NCBI GenBank assembly: GCA_028703305.1
Contig: JAQVNC010000003.1
Location: 5,270 to 69,269, forward strand
Reading direction: 5' to 3'
Source: Patescibacteria group bacterium
GTDB lineage: Bacteria; Patescibacteriota; Patescibacteriia; Patescibacteriales; GWC2-42-12
DNA: 64,000 nucleotides
Shown here: positions 52,894 through 62,531 of the stretch, piece by piece
Layout: every line of letters begins with the position of its first letter
Position numbering within the stretch: the stretch's first letter is position 1
Translations under genes and position numbers: made by a program
Notes under the pieces: generated by a model
What the model was told of the DNA's origin: nothing
Database searches by the model: none
The model's input: only the letters and a program-made list of their open reading frames with translations

Positions 52894-54588
52894 TTACTTC
52901 AAATTCAAATATTCCCCTAAATTTTTTATCCCCACAATCTCACTCTTTTTACTATCTCTCCTCTTTACTTCCACCCCACCGGCCTTTAAAGATTTTTCGC
53001 TCACCACCACGCGCCAAGGCAAACCGATTAAATCCGCGTCCGCGAATTTTTCTCCGGCCATAACGTCAACCCGATCATCATACAAAACTTCTATGCCCTG
53101 TTTTAATAAATCTTCGTAAATCTTCTCCGCCTGCTTATAGATTTTTTCATCTTTGCCTAAAGCAATTAAGTGCGCTTTAAAAGGCGCGGCTACTTCCGGC
53201 CAAACTATGCCATTATCGTCGTTATATTTTTCCACGATCGTCGCGATAGTCCGATCTATGCCGATGCCGTAGCAGCCCATGTAATATAATTTTTCCTTGC
53301 CATTTTTATCCGTAAAAAAAGCTTTCATTTTTTCACTATAATGATAGCCTAACTGAAAAATATTACCCACTTCAATGCCTTTGCCAGCCAGCAGCTCTTT
53401 CCCCTGCTCATTCTTAAAACCTTGTTCCGCCATGGCAATATCGCCTTCCAGGCTAGGCTTATAATCCCTATCTATATTAATATTTAGCAAGTCAACATCT
53501 TTTTTATTAGAACCGCCATAAGCGTTTTTTATGGTTCTTAAAGAATCGTCGGCCGCGACTATAACTTTTTTATCAATCCCGACCGGAGAAATAAAGCCCG
53601 GCTCGCTTCCTAAGCCTCTGATTTCTTCATCAGTGGCATGGCGCAGTTCAACCGCCTTAGTTATATTTTTTAATTTGGTTTCATTAACATTTAAATCGCC
53701 GCGGATAATTGCCAAGATAAATCTACATTTTTCGTCAATGAACATAACGTCTTTTATCTGCCGCCATAATGGCAGTTTATGAAATTTTACGCCGTCCTCC
53801 ATAGTATTACCCCGAGGCGCTTTCACTTCAATTAATTTTTGTTCTTTTTCTTCTATATTTTTTTCCTCTTTTAAAAATTTGGCCACGTCTTCATGCGCCG
53901 CGTAAGAACCGTCTTCAGTATAGAGAAAACGGCTTTCACCAACCTCGCTTTCAACAATAAACTCATGGCAATATTCGCCGCCGATATAGCCGTTATCCGA
54001 TTCAACCATTAAAGTAACGAGTCCCAACCTTTTAAAAATATCACTATAAACTTTTTTCATTTTCTCATACTCTTTTTTAAAATCCTCTTCGTCGGCATGA
54101 AAAGAATAGCCGTCTTTCATTAAAAATTCCCTTAAACGCAGTAAGCCGCCGCGCGCCCTTAGCTCATCGCGGAATTTAGTGGAAAACTGATAAATATGAA
54201 ACGGCAAATCATTATAGCTAATATTAAATTTCTGCGCCAAATCAACCATCATTTCTTCGGCCGTGCCGCCCAAAGCGAATTCCGAGCCGTTTCTATCTTT
54301 AACTTTCATTAACTCAAAACTAACCGATTCGGTGCGATTGGTTTTTTCCCATAATTCCAAAGGATGCAAAACCGGAGCCAGCATTTTTTGCGCCCCGCTC
54401 TTATCCATTTCTTCTTCAATAATTTTTACAACTTTATCCCGGACAATCATGCCTAAAGGCAGATAATAATACCGGCCAGCCACCGATTCCCTGATAAAAC
54501 CGGCCTGATAGAGATATTTATTGCTGGCCAGCTTTAAATCGCTGGAAACTGTTTTTGTTGTTCGCCCGAATAATTTTGAGTATTTCAT
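52894..54588 (-). CDS. proS: prolyl-tRNA synthetase (bacterial type)
   Basis: 564 aa. QAGFIRE..AGRYYYLP, FRDE.RARGGLLRLREF, GCYGIGIDR, C-terminal anticodon-binding domain. Confidence 0.92.
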   Translation of the reverse strand: MKYSKLFGRTTKTVSSDLKLASNKYLYQAGFIRESVAGRYYYLPLGMIVRDKVVKIIEEEMDKSGAQKMLAPVLHPLELWEKTNRTESVSFELMKVKDRNGSEFALGGTAEEMMVDLAQKFNISYNDLPFHIYQFSTKFRDELRARGGLLRLREFLMKDGYSFHADEEDFKKEYEKMKKVYSDIFKRLGLVTLMVESDNGYIGGEYCHEFIVESEVGESRFLYTEDGSYAAHEDVAKFLKEEKNIEEKEQKLIEVKAPRGNTMEDGVKFHKLPLWRQIKDVMFIDEKCRFILAIIRGDLNVNETKLKNITKAVELRHATDEEIRGLGSEPGFISPVGIDKKVIVAADDSLRTIKNAYGGSNKKDVDLLNINIDRDYKPSLEGDIAMAEQGFKNEQGKELLAGKGIEVGNIFQLGYHYSEKMKAFFTDKNGKEKLYYMGCYGIGIDRTIATIVEKYNDDNGIVWPEVAAPFKAHLIALGKDEKIYKQAEKIYEDLLKQGIEVLYDDRVDVMAGEKFADADLIGLPWRVVVSEKSLKAGGVEVKRRDSKKSEIVGIKNLGEYLNLK

Positions 54589-54632
54589 ATAGCTATATTC
54601 TATAAAAATCTTGGCTAACTGTCAATAAAATT

Positions 54633-56138
54633 TTACTTAAACACCTGCGCCGTAAATATTAAAATTTGCGTGTCTTTATCTTTGTAGCAGCCGGGCGAGA
54701 GTCCGGCCTTTTGCCAGCAAAGCTCGGACAAAAATTCTTCTAAACTCCAGCTGGTTTCCGTGGCTACTTGCGGTAAAAATACGCCGCTCCGGCCGCTCTT
54801 CTTTATTATCACGCCATGTTTGCCTAATTTAATTTTACGCCAGTCATCAATTGGTTCGGGCGTTGATAAAACGCTTATTTCGTATTTCAGCTTGCTTAAT
54901 TCATCTTTACTTACCGGATTAAAACGGCCGTCTTCACTGCAAGCGGCTACAGCCATGTCGCGCACCACTTGCCACAGCGGTTCGTCGGTCGGCACAATCT
55001 GGCCGATACAACCGCGCAGTTGCCCGCCCTTAGTTAAGGTCACGAACGCGCCCTGCTTTTTATTTAATCCTTCATCACTAATTTCAAATTCAGGCATCTC
55101 GCCATTATTTAAGAAATTTTCCACTGTCTGTTTAGCAATATTTAAAAGTTTTTTCTTTTGCTCATCGCTTAACTCATTTTGCATTTTGATATTTGCATTT
55201 TTCATTTGAGCGATAGCGACCGCACCATACCCAACCACTTGGCTTTTGTCGCCAACGCCGGGCGCGTCGCCGCTATTTAAGTATTTTAAAATTTCAATTT
55301 TATCCCAGCCGGCCAAATTTGCTAATTCCATAACCGTCTTAACCGCGTCAATGCCGCAAAGCGCGGTTTGCTCATTAGCATAATCTGAATTTTCCACGCT
55401 GTCCACATAATCGGCCAAAGCTTCAACCTTGCCGCTTTTTATTTTCTCTAAAGTTTCCTTATCAATTTTATTGGCGTCTTCATATTTCGGGTAATGCGAC
55501 ATGTCGCTGGAAATAATTACCAGATCATCCGGCCCTAAATTATCTTTTAAGCTTCTGGCTAATTTTTTATACGTTCCGTCGTCTTTATTGCCAACCTCAA
55601 TCGGCACGATTTTAAAATCATTTTTTAAAACAGTCTGTAAAAACGGCAATTGGACTTCAATGTTATGGTCTTTTTGATGAACCGCGCCGTCGTATTTAAT
55701 GGCGCTATTGGCCTTAACTAATTTGTCGGCCAAAACTTTATCAACCGCAACTTGGTCTAAAGGCGTCTGCCAGGCATCGCTTGAATCAATGGCCGCGCCG
55801 TCAAAATAAGCCTGATGGGAATTGCTGATAATCACGGCTGTATTTATTTTTTTGCCTGCGCCTTCAAGCGCTTTAAAGGCATAAGCCGCCACCAAGCCGC
55901 TAAAATCATAGCCGGCATGCGGCACGATTATAGCCTTAATCTCACCTTCAATCTTTTGCTTCGGCGCTTGTTTTAAATATCTCTGGATTTGCTCGGTGAT
56001 CGCGCCCGGCTCTTTAGGATAAAATTGCCCGGCCACGGCGGCCGATTTGATTTTTTTAGGCATATTATTAGTCGCCTGCTTCTGGCCGCAGGCGGTTAAA
56101 AATATTAAAGCTAACAATAAAAATAATAATTTCTTCAT
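54633..56138 (-). CDS. MEMO1-like (AmmeMemoRadiSam protein B) / AMMECR1 (protein A) fusion with lipoprotein-type signal
   Basis: N-terminus MKKLLFLLLALIFLTAC. Memo part AGQFYP...IVPHAGYDFSG...SSDMSHY. AMMECR1 part GAFVTLTKGGQLRGCIGQI...DGRFNPV...GVFLPQVA. Confidence 0.8.
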   Translation of the reverse strand: MKKLLFLLLALIFLTACGQKQATNNMPKKIKSAAVAGQFYPKEPGAITEQIQRYLKQAPKQKIEGEIKAIIVPHAGYDFSGLVAAYAFKALEGAGKKINTAVIISNSHQAYFDGAAIDSSDAWQTPLDQVAVDKVLADKLVKANSAIKYDGAVHQKDHNIEVQLPFLQTVLKNDFKIVPIEVGNKDDGTYKKLARSLKDNLGPDDLVIISSDMSHYPKYEDANKIDKETLEKIKSGKVEALADYVDSVENSDYANEQTALCGIDAVKTVMELANLAGWDKIEILKYLNSGDAPGVGDKSQVVGYGAVAIAQMKNANIKMQNELSDEQKKKLLNIAKQTVENFLNNGEMPEFEISDEGLNKKQGAFVTLTKGGQLRGCIGQIVPTDEPLWQVVRDMAVAACSEDGRFNPVSKDELSKLKYEISVLSTPEPIDDWRKIKLGKHGVIIKKSGRSGVFLPQVATETSWSLEEFLSELCWQKAGLSPGCYKDKDTQILIFTAQVFK

Positions 56139-56147
56139 GCAAAAAAA

Positions 56148-56921
56148 TTATTTATTCATTGCCCTTAAAATCTGCGTCTGCACTTTGCCGTTGGAAGCCG
56201 CGATATCGGAATCGCCTAAACGCCAGTCTCGGCCGGTAAAATCAGTTACTTTGCCGCCGGCTTCGCGCACTAAAAGCACGCCCGCGGCTACGTCCCAGTC
56301 GTGCGTGCCCGGCGCCACGAACGATTCCACTCGGCCGGAAGCCACGTAAGAGAGCTCCAGCGCCGCCGAACCCATCTGCCGGCAATCCAATTCGTTTAAT
56401 TTTTGCTTGCGCCAATAAGCCAAAGCTTTTTTAATATCAACATCTTCACGGCCATGGCAAAAAGTATTTAGAACTTTTCCTTGGCTGATTTTAGAAACAA
56501 AAATTTTTCGGCCGTTTAGCTCGGCGCCCTGGCCGATTTGAGCAATATATATTTCTTTAAGCATGGGCGCGTAAATCAAACCGAAAATCAATTCATCATT
56601 TTTAGCCAAGGCCATGGAGATTGACCACAACGGATTATGCATGGAAAAATTAGTGGTGCCGTCAATCGGATCAAGATACCAACAATATTCGGAATAATTT
56701 TTTTCATTGGCCTTTTCCTCGGAAATAATGCCATGCGCTGGAAAATACTTTCTAATTTCATTAATTAGAATTTCCTGTGACATTAAATCGCACTTGGTTA
56801 AAATTTCATGGTGCGATTTTAACATAATTTGCCCGCGGTCAAATTTCTCATATTCTCTTTTTAACATCTCGCCGGCTGGCTTAGCCGCGCTTAAAGCCAC
56901 TTTTTTTATTTGTTTGTCCAT
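56148..56921 (-). CDS. inositol monophosphatase family protein (SuhB/CysQ-like)
   Basis: WYLDPIDGTTNF and DWDVAAGVLLVREAGG motifs. Confidence 0.85.
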   Translation of the reverse strand: MDKQIKKVALSAAKPAGEMLKREYEKFDRGQIMLKSHHEILTKCDLMSQEILINEIRKYFPAHGIISEEKANEKNYSEYCWYLDPIDGTTNFSMHNPLWSISMALAKNDELIFGLIYAPMLKEIYIAQIGQGAELNGRKIFVSKISQGKVLNTFCHGREDVDIKKALAYWRKQKLNELDCRQMGSAALELSYVASGRVESFVAPGTHDWDVAAGVLLVREAGGKVTDFTGRDWRLGDSDIAASNGKVQTQILRAMNK

Positions 56922-56922
56922 A

Positions 56923-57411
56923 TTATAATAATTCTAATATTTTTAACTCTAAATTATTACTTTCACTATCATAAACCGCGAAACTGGCTTTATTAAACAC
57001 GCCGCCCAAAGTTCCCGGATTGGCCGTAATCAGGCCGTCTTTTTCACTAATCCACGGCTTATGCGTATGGCCGTAAAAAATCAGCGAGCAAGGCTTAATT
57101 TTTAAAACGCTCTCAATATACCAAGGCTCATGGCATAAGCCGATAATTTTTCCGTCAAGTTCAAACACGCCCAGCCGGCCTAAATAATTGATATTTTTGT
57201 ATTTTTTTATTTCCGGCTCTTCGTAAATCTCCAAGTTGCCGCGCACTAGATAAATAGTTTTAAAATTCTCGGCCAGATATTTTAAAGTTTCCGCGTTCAC
57301 CACGTCGCCGCAGCAAATCGCGTTTTCCATATTTTCACGCCTGCCCCAACTAACGCATTTTTCCAAATTAACCAAATTGTCATGGATGTCGGATATAACT
57401 AAAAATTTCAT
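56923..57411 (-). CDS. YfcE/MJ0936-type metallophosphoesterase
   Basis: MKFLVISDIHDN, CCGDV, GHTH. Start moved to MKFLVISD. Confidence 0.75.
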   Translation of the reverse strand: MKFLVISDIHDNLVNLEKCVSWGRRENMENAICCGDVVNAETLKYLAENFKTIYLVRGNLEIYEEPEIKKYKNINYLGRLGVFELDGKIIGLCHEPWYIESVLKIKPCSLIFYGHTHKPWISEKDGLITANPGTLGGVFNKASFAVYDSESNNLELKILELL

Positions 57412-57422
57412 AATATTAATCT

Positions 57423-58559
57423 TTATTGCGAAATCATCCAAATTTCATAAATAACGCCCAAAATAAAACATGATGATAAAACATAAGCCAGCGGTTTATT
57501 TAATTGGCATTTTATGCAGGAAACCTTTTCTGGTTCAGACTTAACTTTTAATACCAGCCAAATTAAAATAATTCCCGATAATCCTCCGGTGATTGCGCCG
57601 GTAAAACTTATAATTTTAATCAAATCGCTCCAGCCGATTAAAAATAAAAAATAAGGTATAAATCCGGCGAGAAACCATGATAATTTATTGTTTAATTTTA
57701 AATCCCAGCTATATATCTCTTCGGTAGCTTGAGCGGTGACTATATAAGAAGTAATTATAGCTAACAAACCGAAAATTAAAGAAAAAGTAATAACACCATT
57801 TTTTAATATAAATCCTAAACCGGTAAGAGCGTCCGGCGTAGTAGATGATCCGGTTATGCCTAAATTTATTAAAACAAAAATCAAAGTTAAAACGGCCGGT
57901 AAAAAAGTTCCCCAAGCAATCGCGCTTTTAATCTTATCTTTCTGCCTGTCTAATAAACGGCAAATTTCCGGAATAGCTGCCCCGCCTCCAACCGCGAAAA
58001 ATATCGGCCCATAAGGCAAAAAAATATTTTTCCAATCTATCAGATGGTAATTGCTTAATTGAATATAATTAAAACCGCGCCAGGCGATTAAGCCTATAGC
58101 GATAACTAAAAAAGAAGTTAAAATTAATTCTGTTCCGGCAATTAACTTTATATCATAAAAAGCAATTAGAGAAACAAAAATAAATATAACTGTTGAATAT
58201 ATAAAAACATTACCGCCGCAATAAGGAGCTAAAAGCTGATGCAAAAAAATTCCACTCATGATTATATAAGCTAAGATTGATCCATAGGCTCCAATAATAT
58301 CTATAAAGAAAGTCGCTAGCTTGCTTTTAGCATTGATATATTTGCCTACGAAACCGGGCAAGCGATGCTTTTCTTTTGTAGATAAAATTATTTCAGCAAA
58401 AAGAGTGTGCAAAAAATATTGTATAAAAGTTAAAACGATAATATAAAAAAATAATGGAATAATACCGGCTTTATTAATAACATAAGGGATGGTAAATAAG
58501 CCTACCCCGATAATCGTGCCCATTAAAGTCGCTACGGCTAAAAAATAATTTTTTGACAT
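57423..58559 (-). CDS. amino acid permease-like transporter (APC superfamily, Trp/Tyr-permease-like)
   Basis: 378 aa with about 11 TM helices and an N-terminal GTIIGVGLFTIPY motif. Confidence 0.65.
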   Translation of the reverse strand: MSKNYFLAVATLMGTIIGVGLFTIPYVINKAGIIPLFFYIIVLTFIQYFLHTLFAEIILSTKEKHRLPGFVGKYINAKSKLATFFIDIIGAYGSILAYIIMSGIFLHQLLAPYCGGNVFIYSTVIFIFVSLIAFYDIKLIAGTELILTSFLVIAIGLIAWRGFNYIQLSNYHLIDWKNIFLPYGPIFFAVGGGAAIPEICRLLDRQKDKIKSAIAWGTFLPAVLTLIFVLINLGITGSSTTPDALTGLGFILKNGVITFSLIFGLLAIITSYIVTAQATEEIYSWDLKLNNKLSWFLAGFIPYFLFLIGWSDLIKIISFTGAITGGLSGIILIWLVLKVKSEPEKVSCIKCQLNKPLAYVLSSCFILGVIYEIWMISQ

Positions 58560-58579
58560 AAATATGCTCTCTATTAACT

Positions 58580-58679
58580 AATTGGGCTAAATTTGTTTAA
58601 TTTTCGTGCGAGGACTGTTTGAGCCCGAGTACTCTCGGGCGAGTTCCGCAGTAGAAAATTTAATAAATTTAGCCCAATT
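58580..58679 (+). repeat. family-A structured palindromic repeat, copy 4
   Basis: Same core. Apical stem gcccgag/ctcgggc with loop tact. Outer arms aattgggctaaattt/aaatttagcccaatt. Confidence 0.9.
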
Positions 58680-58707
58680 ATCGTGTATTTTATTTTAACT
58701 AAAAAAC

Positions 58708-59280
58708 TTATTTCCTTAAATTTATCTCGTAATTTATCTGCTCAATTTTCCTTAAATGGCCCTTGGCCTGATCATATTTGGTGCGCAGATAGCTTCTCAT
58801 ATCAAATTCCACCAATTCCGCCATAACATCATCCGCGATTTTATGAATTTTTTTAACTTCTTCATATTTGCCTAAAGTGGCCATCTTGACGGCCCAACGG
58901 ACCAACTCGCCCAGCAAGTCGCTAATGCCTCCGAGATAACTTTCATAGTCAACTTCCAGGCCTTTAATTTTATCAACCGTCTTGCCGGTCATCACTAGAA
59001 AAAACATCTTAGCTTCAACATATTCTTCGGCGGCCGCCCTGTACGCGCCCTCTTCTCCGAGCCGCGAATAGCTGAATTTTTTTTGCAAATTTTTTAAGAC
59101 GCCGTCAATTTCCTCAAGCGTTTTGCCCGCTCCGGACAAATCGCCGCGGTGCAATGAAAAAATCGCTTTTTTAGCATCATGCAAAACTACATTGGATAAA
59201 CCGATAATTTGCTGGCGCTCTTTGCCGTGAGCATCAAACTCTTTTTTTAACTGCTGAATGAATTTTTTGTTAATCATCAA
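58708..59280 (-). CDS. translin-family protein
   Basis: AAEEYVEAKMFF, SYLGGISDLLGELVRWAV and LRTKYDQAKGHLRKIEQINYE follow the translin pattern (qEyvEA..f...YL.Gl.DltGEl.R..LR.K.D). Confidence 0.6.
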   Translation of the reverse strand: MMINKKFIQQLKKEFDAHGKERQQIIGLSNVVLHDAKKAIFSLHRGDLSGAGKTLEEIDGVLKNLQKKFSYSRLGEEGAYRAAAEEYVEAKMFFLVMTGKTVDKIKGLEVDYESYLGGISDLLGELVRWAVKMATLGKYEEVKKIHKIADDVMAELVEFDMRSYLRTKYDQAKGHLRKIEQINYEINLRK

Positions 59281-59284
59281 ATTT

Positions 59285-59370
59285 GAATTATGAATAATGA
59301 ATAATGAATTATGGGCGAATGCTTATATTTCGGCATTTTACCATTATTCATTATTCGTAATTCATTATTC
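59285..59370. repeat. family-D heptamer-based palindrome
   Basis: gaattatgaataatgaataatgaattatgg - 26-nt loop - ccattattcattattcgtaattcattattc. Confidence 0.85.
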
Positions 59371-59377
59371 ACAATTT

Positions 59378-61081
59378 TTATTCCGACACTCTAAATATTT
59401 CTTCAACGCTGGTTATCCCATCCAAGGCTTTAAGCAAACCGTCCTGTACCATGGTAATCATGCCATTTTTCTTGGCATTATCCCTTATGTCATATTCACT
59501 GACAGAACCGCTTAAAATTAATTTTTCAATTTCCTTGTTCATGGTTAAAACTTCATAAACGCCGATTCTGCCTTTATAGCCGATGCCTTGGCAAGCGTCG
59601 CAGCCCTTGCCCATGAAAAATTTTAAATTATTAAAATCAATTTTTTTCTTATCCTCTTCCAAAAGCTCATTAAGCGAATCCTTAACCCTTTTTAAAACTT
59701 CATCTTCCAGCTTTACCTCATGCTTGCATTTTTGGCAAATTTTTCTAACTAGCCTCTGCCCGATCATGGCATTTAAAGCCGGCGCCAATAAATACGGCTT
59801 GGCTCCCATGGATAAAAATCTGGGCACGGTGCCGGCCGCGTCATTGGTATGAATAGTGGATAGAACCAAATGGCCGGTTAAAGCCGCCTGGATGGCGATT
59901 TCAGCCGTTTCCAAATCGCGAATTTCGCCAACCATGACAATGTCAGGATCTTGGCGCACGATTGAGCGCAAGCCCTGGGCAAAAGTATAGTTTTTGCTGG
60001 TTTGCGACTGATTTACTCCGGCAAGCTGATATTCTATCGGATCCTCAATAGTAATAATTTTTGTCTCCGGATCATTTAATTTTTTCAATATCGCGTAAAG
60101 CGTGGTAGTTTTACCTGAACCGGTCGGACCGGTGGTAATAATCATGCCATTAGGACGTTCAACTTCTCTTTTTAATTGGTTAAAAGCCCGATCGCGAATG
60201 CCTAAATCATTGAATTCCAAACCAACCGAGCTGGAGCGGAGCAGCCTCATAACTACGCTCTCGCCGAAATTAGTCGGCAAGAAAGAAGCTCTGATATCAA
60301 CCCGATCGTCTTTAAGAAAAATTGATAGCCGGCCGTCTTGAGGCTTGTCGGTCACGTTTATTTTTACCGCGGCCAGAAGCTTCATGCGGGAAATAATTTT
60401 TTCCCAAGACGACTTATCAAGGCTGGCTACGTCGTGTAAAACCCCGTCAATTCTAAACCTGACTTTTATTAATTTTTCCTCGGCTTCAATATGAATATCC
60501 GAAGAATCGGATTTTATGGCCGCCGCCATAATCATGGTGACAATTTCGGTAATTTGCGCTTTATTTATTTCCGCCTGCAAATCCTTAAAGCTTGAAAGTT
60601 TTTCTCCATACCTGTTTAACTCTTCTTCGGTCACTTTGACTCCTCTGATAATTTCCCTTACCTTAGGTATGGCCCGATACATTTCCAGGCCGTAATTAAA
60701 ACTACTTTCGGTAATTAAATAAATACTAATCTCGGCAAAATATTTTTCCGATAAATTTTTAGCTAAACTTATAACATTTTCATCCCGCGGCTCTAAACTG
60801 CCCAGGCGCATGTTTTTCCCGTCATAGTAAAAACACAAAGTTTTTAGCGCTTTGGCTTCTTCTTCGTCAATTAATACCAAGGCTTCCGGACTGATAGGAA
60901 AACCGGCTAAATCAACATAAGGCAAGCCGGCCGCGTCCGCCGCCTGCTTGGTTAATCTTTCTAACTCTTTTATTTTCAGCTTTTTTTCTTTAATCGCAAA
61001 TTTAGCCGCCGCGCTCTCATCGTTGGGAGATTGCCCGAACGCGTCGCTAAATAAATCCTTAATTGATTGGTTATTTGTCAT
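59378..61081 (-). CDS. pilB: type IV pilus assembly / type II secretion ATPase (PilB/GspE family)
   Basis: GPTGSGKTTT Walker A, VGEIRD, tetracysteine CQKC...CDAC, N-terminal T2SSE_N-like domain. Start placed at MTNNQSIK. Confidence 0.9.
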   Translation of the reverse strand: MTNNQSIKDLFSDAFGQSPNDESAAAKFAIKEKKLKIKELERLTKQAADAAGLPYVDLAGFPISPEALVLIDEEEAKALKTLCFYYDGKNMRLGSLEPRDENVISLAKNLSEKYFAEISIYLITESSFNYGLEMYRAIPKVREIIRGVKVTEEELNRYGEKLSSFKDLQAEINKAQITEIVTMIMAAAIKSDSSDIHIEAEEKLIKVRFRIDGVLHDVASLDKSSWEKIISRMKLLAAVKINVTDKPQDGRLSIFLKDDRVDIRASFLPTNFGESVVMRLLRSSSVGLEFNDLGIRDRAFNQLKREVERPNGMIITTGPTGSGKTTTLYAILKKLNDPETKIITIEDPIEYQLAGVNQSQTSKNYTFAQGLRSIVRQDPDIVMVGEIRDLETAEIAIQAALTGHLVLSTIHTNDAAGTVPRFLSMGAKPYLLAPALNAMIGQRLVRKICQKCKHEVKLEDEVLKRVKDSLNELLEEDKKKIDFNNLKFFMGKGCDACQGIGYKGRIGVYEVLTMNKEIEKLILSGSVSEYDIRDNAKKNGMITMVQDGLLKALDGITSVEEIFRVSE

Positions 61082-61107
61082 AATTACATTATAACGTATT
61101 TTTTCAA

Positions 61108-61134
61108 TAAAAAAAAGACGGGCCAATGCCCGCC
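61108..61134 (-). terminator. rho-independent terminator downstream of the M18 aminopeptidase gene
   Basis: Minus strand: ggcgggc-attg-gcccgtc-tttttttt. Confidence 0.75.
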
Positions 61135-61146
61135 TTTTAATTAATT

Positions 61147-62529
61147 TTAATTTTCTATAAATGTTTTATAGGCCAGATACGCGCAATATAAATCAGCCTT
61201 GGAAGAAATTTCCAACGGCGCGTGCATGTTAAATAAAGGCACGCCCGCGTCAATTACTTCCATATTGCGGTTGGCTAAATATTTAGCGATAGTACCGCCG
61301 CCGCCCTTATCAATTTTGCCCATGCCTCCGGCCAGCTGATAGATAATATCCTTATTCTTATTGTATAAAGTAATTAGCCCTCGTAAAAATTTTCCCGAAG
61401 CCTCGCTGGTTGAATATTTGCCGCCATGGCCGGTATATTTTTCTATGGCCAAGCCAAAACCTAAACGGCAAGCATTGCGAACATCAAAAGCGTCTTTATA
61501 ATCAGGGTCAAGGCCGGCTGTAACATCCGCGCTAATGGCTTGGCTTTTGGCGAAAATTTTGTAGACATGATCAAGATCATCTTCCCCGTCCACCAGTTCT
61601 GATAAATCAGAAACAAAAGTCTCTAAATAATATGAATTGGCTCCGGTATTGCCGGCCGAACCGATTTCTTCTCGGTCCACCATGGCTAAAATTTGTGTTT
61701 TTTCGCCTACTTTTGATTCTATAATACTCATTAGAGCCGCGTAAGCGCAAATCAAATCATCTTGGCCAAAAGCTGAAATCAAACTTCGGTCAAAACCTAG
61801 ATCTCTGGCCTTTTCACAAGGCACCGCATGAAGCTCGGCGCTGGCCAAATCAATTTCTTTCATGCCATATTCATTCCATAAATATTCTAAAATCGCCAAT
61901 TTAACTTTTTCTTTTACTTTTTCATCTTTAACCGGAATTGAGCCAACCACTAAATTTAAATCCTCGCCTTGCACGTCTCTTAACTCAACTTTCGCGCCTG
62001 GAGCGCCATGGCGATCTATGTGAGGCAGCAAATCAGTAATCATAAAAATCGGGTCGCTGTCTTTTTCGCCGATATTAATTTCTACTTTTTTGCCATTCTC
62101 CAAATAAACCTGGCCATGCAAGGCTAAGGCGATAGTCGGCCATTGGTATTTTTTTATGCCGCCATAATAGTGGGTCTTTAAAAAAGCCAAACTTTCATCT
62201 TCGTATAAAGGCACAACTTTTAAATCAAGGTGGGGCGAATCAATATGCGGCATCACCATATTAAAACCCCGGCCTAAAGGCTTTTTGCCGATCTTCGCCA
62301 AAAATAAATTTTTATCTCGGTTAACCGCGTAGACTTTATCGCCGGCTTTAAGCGACTTAACGGCCGCCATATCTTTAAATCCGGACTGCCTGGCCAGCTC
62401 AATGCTTGAAGACACGGCTTCACGTTCGGTTTTTGATTTATTTAAAAATTTTTTATACCCTTCGGAAAATTTAAAGGCCGACTGTTTAGTTTTCTCATCC
62501 CAAACCTCCCAAGCATTTCTCTTTTGCAT
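61147..62529 (-). CDS. M18-family aminopeptidase
   Basis: NAWEVW..., FSEGYKKFLNKSKTEREAV, PHIDSPHLDLK, DREEIGS, MHAPLEISS. Start moved to MQKRNAW to remove a 40-nt overlap. Confidence 0.85.
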   Translation of the reverse strand: MQKRNAWEVWDEKTKQSAFKFSEGYKKFLNKSKTEREAVSSSIELARQSGFKDMAAVKSLKAGDKVYAVNRDKNLFLAKIGKKPLGRGFNMVMPHIDSPHLDLKVVPLYEDESLAFLKTHYYGGIKKYQWPTIALALHGQVYLENGKKVEINIGEKDSDPIFMITDLLPHIDRHGAPGAKVELRDVQGEDLNLVVGSIPVKDEKVKEKVKLAILEYLWNEYGMKEIDLASAELHAVPCEKARDLGFDRSLISAFGQDDLICAYAALMSIIESKVGEKTQILAMVDREEIGSAGNTGANSYYLETFVSDLSELVDGEDDLDHVYKIFAKSQAISADVTAGLDPDYKDAFDVRNACRLGFGLAIEKYTGHGGKYSTSEASGKFLRGLITLYNKNKDIIYQLAGGMGKIDKGGGGTIAKYLANRNMEVIDAGVPLFNMHAPLEISSKADLYCAYLAYKTFIEN

Positions 62530-62531
62530 GG

